38,192 bases of DNA. Source: Craspedostauros australis. Its lineage: Eukaryota. Where the stretch lies: contig JALAGF010006376.1 of the NCBI GenBank assembly GCA_030167865.1, positions 1 through 38,192 of the forward strand. Direction: 5' to 3'. Positions 33,423 through 38,192 of the stretch are shown here, piece by piece. A program made the translations under genes and the position numbers. Numbering within the stretch: position 1 is the stretch's first letter; each line of letters opens with the position of its first letter. The notes beneath the pieces are model-generated. The model was not told the origin of the DNA and searched no databases. It was given only the letters and a program-made list of their open reading frames with translations.

Positions 33423-34150
33423 TGCTCTTGCCAGTACGACTGATGAAGATCTTTGAGTTGGCGATGGCTTCGTCGCGTTGTCGTCTTTGTGGGCGAGCTG
33501 ACCGTCGGCAACGTTTACTAATCCTCGTAGGTAGGTTGTGGTGCAATGTGTTGATCTGTTGGTTGGTCCTTCGTTTTCTGTTCCGTCGATGTTGCACAAA
33601 ACTGCGAGCTGTTCGTGGCATTGCTCATCGTTTCGCCACACAAATTGTTCCGAGGACAAAAATGATAGATTTTTGAATTTGAAGATGATTCGATCGATCG
33701 AATCCAGACTCATCGGAGCACATTCGACGGATCCTGAAATCAATCAGCCCATTGATATTCCATGCAGTCGTGGTTATCAAGTCACGAACGCATAGCCGTT
33801 CACTTTTTACGTGCGACTGCAAGACTGACTACGGGATGAGTGAATCTGTGCGAACCGTACAAGCGGCCAGATCGCAATAGGACAGAAACAAGAAGCGAAT
33901 CCAGACAGACAAATGAAATACGGACAGCCAACTTCATATCGTTACATTCTTCGATAGACAGACAGATATGAGACGATGAAAATGGACTGAATTCGGACTC
34001 ACTTCTTGCCGCACTTTGTTGGCCGGAGACACGTTGAGGTATGATAGATGATTGTACTTGTTAGATTTAGCTTTTCGTGAGAACATCATCTTCCTCGTAA
34101 GTCACGTACTTCAGAGTGGAGCAATAACTGCCTTGGAACATTCGGTGTTC

Positions 34151-37100
34151 CTAAACGGCTGCAGCACGGTGGGTTGTGACAGCGACGGAAAATTCCAGAT
34201 CCTCTTCGACTTGGCTTGTCGCCGACACGTGGTCCTCTTCGACACTCATCGCCTTGGTCTCCAGCTCCTGAGTCTTCTGGGCGTTCTCCGTGCGCTCAAA
34301 CTCCACGATGGCGCGCAGGGATGTTCGGACTGTGGTCTTGGCCAGCGCTCTGTCGATGTCACCGTCCACCCAGTTCTGCTTCAGCTGCTTCATGAGCTGT
34401 CGTGCCAGCGTCTTCGTGTAAAAGTTGGGCGCAACCCGTGTGTATTGGTCGGTCACCGGATTGTTCTCCGAGTCGACGTCTTCGCCCGACTCCTCCAGCT
34501 GAGCCAGCTGCATCTGCACATCTGCAAGCATCTGTGCCGCCAGACGGCTTCCACGCTGCGTTCCCTCCAGCGTTCCGTCGAGGCAAGCCGCGAGCGCTGT
34601 GTTGTACGTGATGACATTGGGAGCAACACGGCGTGACCTCATTCGTTTGATCCATTCTTCTGCTACTTCCGAATTCTTCTCACCTGCCACGCAGCTGGCG
34701 ATGGCCGTGGTGTAGGAGACCACGGATGGCTCGATGTTGCTCTGGAGCATACCCACGATGATACCCTCGCAGGCAAAGATGTTGCCCTGCTTCGCAAGAC
34801 GCTTGAGGGCGATGTTGAATGTGATGAGGTTGCCATCTGTGTTGTGGGTTTCCTTCATGGAGTCAAGCACGTCAACGGTGAGGTCCTCCTCACCGCAGAT
34901 CTCGCATGCGTTGATAACAGTGTTGAACACACGCAGCGGTGGTTGCTCGGCGCGGCCGGATTTCCACAGTTGAACCTTTTGAGTTTAACGTATCATCGGT
35001 GTGGAAATTGGTACAGGATACGGATGATGGTGATCGTGCGTGGAATATGTCCGCCATAGTGTTTCGTTCAAAAATTAATGGGGAGGAAAGAAGGACGAGC
35101 TTGTTTGAGTGAGGTTGGTGTTTTTGATGCTGTCCGTTGTTGCGGCATCTTCACACGAATGCAAATGGCACGTTGGTCAATTGACCGATGCCATGCCTGG
35201 CTGCGGAACACCTGGAGCAGCACAGACAATACATCCGATGCAACACCAATGTTCCGTTCATTCCATCTATTTCATCCATCGCATTCGCTTCATTCATCTC
35301 GCACGCAGCATTTCCGGCTTTTGTTTGACTTTTGGGAACACCAGTATAACACCCACAGATCAGGTACACACTCGTGCCGTATCAACAGCATGGCCTTGAC
35401 TTACCCAGTCGAAGAGCAGGCTCGCGGCCTTTCGGCTCTTCTCCGCCTTGGCACAGCACGTGACGACATTTCGCCAAACACTGGGAGATGGACGCAGCGA
35501 GCGGTTGAGCATGAGCTCAATGAGCTTGACAGCGAGCTTCCACGATTCCTCCTGCACGGCCTTGTTGACGGCGCGTCGGTGGATGATGGTGGAGGCTCTC
35601 TGCGCGGCGGACGACGAACTGGCAACCAGATCGTCCCCGCGGTCCGGTGCGCAGCCTTCCGCCTTGCTGGCGGCGGCGAGTAATCGCAGTCCGAGAGGCA
35701 CGTTGTCCATGATTTCGGATGCGATGACGGCGCTTGCCAGCACGCTGCGGCCTTCGACGGTGGATGCGATGTTATCCAAATCGTAGCCGGCGGCCTTGGC
35801 GTACGCGAGGATCGTGAGCACGTGCTCCGCGTTCTCCTTGGTTTTGGTGCGGACGGCGCCGGCGGCGACCTTGGCAAAGACTGACAGGGTGGGCGTTTCG
35901 GACTTTTCAACCACCAGGGAACGCAGCATCGCGAGCGAGTCTTCGATGGCACCGGATCTGGCGAGTGCGGCGATGAGCTTTTCGTATGTCAGCGATTCGA
36001 CGGCCGGGGGTTCTGCGGCAGTCTCGGCAGTTGCAAGGATGGCGAGGGCTGTGTCGATTCCACCAAATCCTTGATGGGTGCCGTTGGGGCCGTCTCCCAG
36101 GCTGTTCTTGACGCAATAGTTGACGGCCTTGCTGGTGATCTGGTATCCTTGCTCCACCATCTGATCGAGGATTTTGCGTGTTGGCTCGGCAGCACGTGCT
36201 CCGTGCAATCGATCATCCATGCATGCTGCGAGGGTGGCGTCGTAGATCTCCTGTGGCACACCGCGTGGCTCAGAGGAGTTCTTTCCAAACTTTCGTGAGA
36301 GACGCTTGAGCTTACGGGTGGCAGCCTTCCAGTGTCCCATCTCCGCCTTTTCGAGTGTCTCCCGGATGAGGTCGTTGAATTCAAAGTCTGGATCGGATTC
36401 ATCAGAGAAGTCGATGCCTCCCTTTGCGAATGCCTGCGTAGTTTGATTGGGTGTAGAGCGCCGAATACAAGTGAATGAGTGAATGAATGGATGAGTGCAT
36501 GGATTCGTGACAGGTGAGTGACGACAGAATAATTCACGTCCTCAAGAAAATGTTCTATCGGCGCAGATATTTTGATTCCGAAATGCAAAGAGGAGGAACT
36601 CATGGCAGCAGTGACAAGAATTGTATCCTTAGCAGCAACAAAGTGCAGTGGGCGAAAGCGAAGTGAGAGGCACAAGCCATTCCCTCAACACACAACACAC
36701 AACACAGGCAGAAGCATGACGCTGTCGCTGACATGTGCAGCAATGCGAAGGTTGACCACCCACCTCATCGATGTCTTGTGTGGTGACGGTGAGGTCGTCG
36801 TGATTCCTCTGGTTGTACCCGTCTGCTCCAGCACCACCGTTGACCTGCTCGCGTAGCCGATCCTTCATCTGGGAAAGCGTCCCGGACGTTTCCAAATTCA
36901 TTCCCTCCAGTTGGCGCTTGGCTTCGCGGTACGGCAACTTGGAGACGAGACCCAAGGTCAATGGTTCGTTGGTGGATGCCTCGCTGTCTGTGTCTTCCTC
37001 GACAACGCTCCGCAGGGAAGTTGTGGACTGCGCCTGCGAGAGGATGGTGCTTGGCACACTAATAGTCTGCGGGCTGGCAGACAACGACGCGGGTCGCATG

Positions 37101-37168
37101 AAGGCGTCGACGGCCACGCCGGATGAAAGCAGAAGCGCCGCCGTGATTGTGGGTGATGAGAACTTCAT
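34151..37168 (-). CDS. Plastid-targeted pentatricopeptide-repeat protein with an N-terminal SAP-like motif (752 aa, 3 exons)
   Basis: Exons 37168-36764, 36433-35405 and 34975-34151 (phase-0 introns; the second acceptor is AAG), 2259 nt in frame. Presequence MKFSSPTITAALLLSSGVAVDA|FMRP. SAP-like SKLPYREAKRQLEGMNLETSGTLSQMKDRLRE. PPR motifs VFNTVINAC, ITFNIALKRLAKQG, PSVVSYTTAIASC, PNVITYNTALAAC. Confidence 0.9.
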
Positions 37169-38192
37169 GGTCGATTGATTGTCGTGTTGATTGTCGTGTC
37201 GATCTTGGATTGTTGATGAAGTTTCGGTTCAAAGATCTTGTGATCTTGATCGATGGACTCTGATCAGTTGGCTGGATTTGGAATCCCGATGAAACAAATG
37301 CGCTGTTGTTGTTGCTGTTCTTTGTGGACACAAGTTTGCACACACGATGATAAGATACTTGTAGAGTTCTAGTTGGTGGCAGGGGTACGTGTTCTGGAAT
37401 GATTGTGAAGTGGAGAGTCAGAGATGTTGGTATCGTTCTAACACTCTTGTGTCCAGTGGACGAGGATCCAGTATCAAATCAATGCGTCGAATAGCGAGCA
37501 GCGTTGTCTGCTGGGTCGATGGTCGCCTGCCCACGCGAGCACTTGTGTGATCGTCAGCACAGCAGTCAGCGAACGATGATGTTGTGGACGTTAACCCCTC
37601 CACCAGCTATTCCGCATTGTAGTCAGAACGCAAAAGTGCAACACATCATCATCCTGTTGTCATCGCCATTGTTGTGGTTGTTGTCGTCACTTTTTGGTCG
37701 TTTGCGTTTGATCATCGTCTCTCACTGACGTGTTCAGCTGCGTTTTGGGTCATCGAAACGCAAAAGCGATCGCTGGGGTCACGTGAGTCCACTGTACGTA
37801 CCCATTCACCAATCAGAACGGAACGTCCTGTCCACGTTTTACGACGTCATATGAGCCCGATCAGTGAGTCGACCTGCATTCCGTTATTGGCGTCTATAAA
37901 ATTTATCTTGAATATCCCAACCAAGCACATATTCGTAATCCTTGTAGATCTAATACAAATAATTAACCGATGGATTTTTTAGTTAGATCCTATTTTAAGT
38001 TTTATGAATATTCAAAGGTGTTGTGAAGTCGTATGGGTCGACCCCCGTGAACTTCCTAGTTGTTTCGCAGAAAGTTCGATTATGTTCTCGTGCATTTACC
38101 CTATGTCGTCCAGTCACGGAATAGACGCCGGGATTGTCGTTCGTTTGGTACGCGTTAAATACACGTTAGCATCTGCGACATGATCTCACATT

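Overview
Eukaryotic, intron-containing DNA, most likely from a diatom. This is inferred from two signal-peptide + 'DA|F' plastid presequences, a CoDi-like copia element and a silaffin-like protein. In order, the window holds: the 3' end of a Ty1/copia retrotransposon (RT/RNase H, PPT, probable 3' LTR, with a 432-bp assembly duplication); an intron-containing tRNA-Tyr(GTA); an NAD(P)-binding SDR-like protein; a plastid-targeted coiled-coil protein; a membrane RING-H2 ligase; an ankyrin-like protein; a 3-exon type I surface protein (three Cys-rich modules, Pro/Thr/Ser stalk, tail with PP1-docking-like motifs); a 3-exon GT8-like glycosyltransferase; a 4-exon polytopic class-3 lipase; an ankyrin-repeat protein; two secreted Lys-rich proteins (one with 12 KSPS(D/Y)M-GK repeats); a membrane-anchored prolyl 4-hydroxylase with a VHL-beta-like module; and a 3-exon plastid SAP+PPR protein. 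The best leads are the P4H/VHL-like fusion next to the silaffin-like gene, the receptor-like surface protein, and the possible clustering of cell-wall or adhesion substrates with their modifying enzymes. All gene models were built by hand from GT-AG sites and frame continuity. No searches were run.
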